NCBI GenBank assembly: GCA_036785375.1
Contig: JAWMAR010000002.1
Coordinates: forward strand, 18,166,001 to 18,230,000
Origin: Leucoraja ocellata
Taxonomy: Eukaryota
Direction of reading: 5' to 3'
DNA: 64,000 nt
In this document: one piece after another, positions 63,621 through 64,000 of the stretch
Layout: each line of letters begins with the position of its first letter
How positions within the stretch are numbered: the first letter of the stretch is position 1
Position numbers and translations under genes: made by a program
Notes under the pieces: model-generated
Database searches by the model: none
Told to the model about the DNA's origin: nothing
What the model saw: only the letters and a program-made list of their open reading frames with translations

Positions 63621-64000
63621 GGTATAGAGCAACCTATATGGCCCATACAAAAAGCCAGCATTCACTTTTCAATTCCATGATTCATTGATTTAAGCTTAGA
63701 ACACATTTGGGGTTTTAAATCATTGTATGTTAAAGAAGATATTTTGGTAAGAAATGTAAATATATTTTATAAAATATGTTACTTCAGAGTTATTTTTACA
63801 AGGGTATGTTAAGAACCAGGCTACTGTAATAATGTTCTCAAAATACAACTATACAGATGATTAGATGTATTTTTCCACTATTTAAGCAAAGGCACAAACC
63901 TATTTAAAACATATAAGGGAGAGAAGGAACCTTTAATAATCACTTTTCTATTGACGCCCCTCCATAATTCATTTTATTATTAACAAATATAATGCTGTTC

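Overview
AT-rich (roughly 38-40% GC by eye) vertebrate genomic DNA, most likely from a cartilaginous fish (skate or ray), judged by abundant HE1-type V-SINEs, HER1/CR1 LINE tails, Rex1 and Penelope fragments. The whole window appears to lie inside the E3 ubiquitin ligase gene RNF220, transcribed on the minus strand. Three small constitutive coding exons are recognisable by translation and GT-AG boundaries: 52515-52560 (KHSMLKDNTLQGTVK), 32223-32318 (SVLLSAPIKREGESPTASPLSADDTHHSDRYQ) and 26808-26850 (TFLRVRSNRQARLN). The other RNF220 exons were not found in the window. Two extra exon-like elements stand out. One is an internal CpG-rich promoter with an alternative coding first exon (about 27007-27330) that splices in frame to the TFLRV exon, predicting an N-terminally truncated isoform. 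The other is a 40-nt exon (4374-4413) with a perfect donor and the same 0-to-1 phases as the 43-nt TFLRV exon, a candidate mutually exclusive exon. The introns hold many transposon remnants: a Harbinger MITE nested in a SINE nested in another SINE, a hairpin-rich Tc1/mariner (Tigger-like) non-autonomous element carrying a tRNA-Met-like segment, a Helitron, nested CR1s, and Penelope termini with hammerhead-ribozyme cores. Almost all ORFs in the supplied track are spurious or transposon-derived. Repeat family names and exon numbers come from memory of consensus sequences, not from a database search, and repeat boundaries are approximate unless TIRs or TSDs are quoted.
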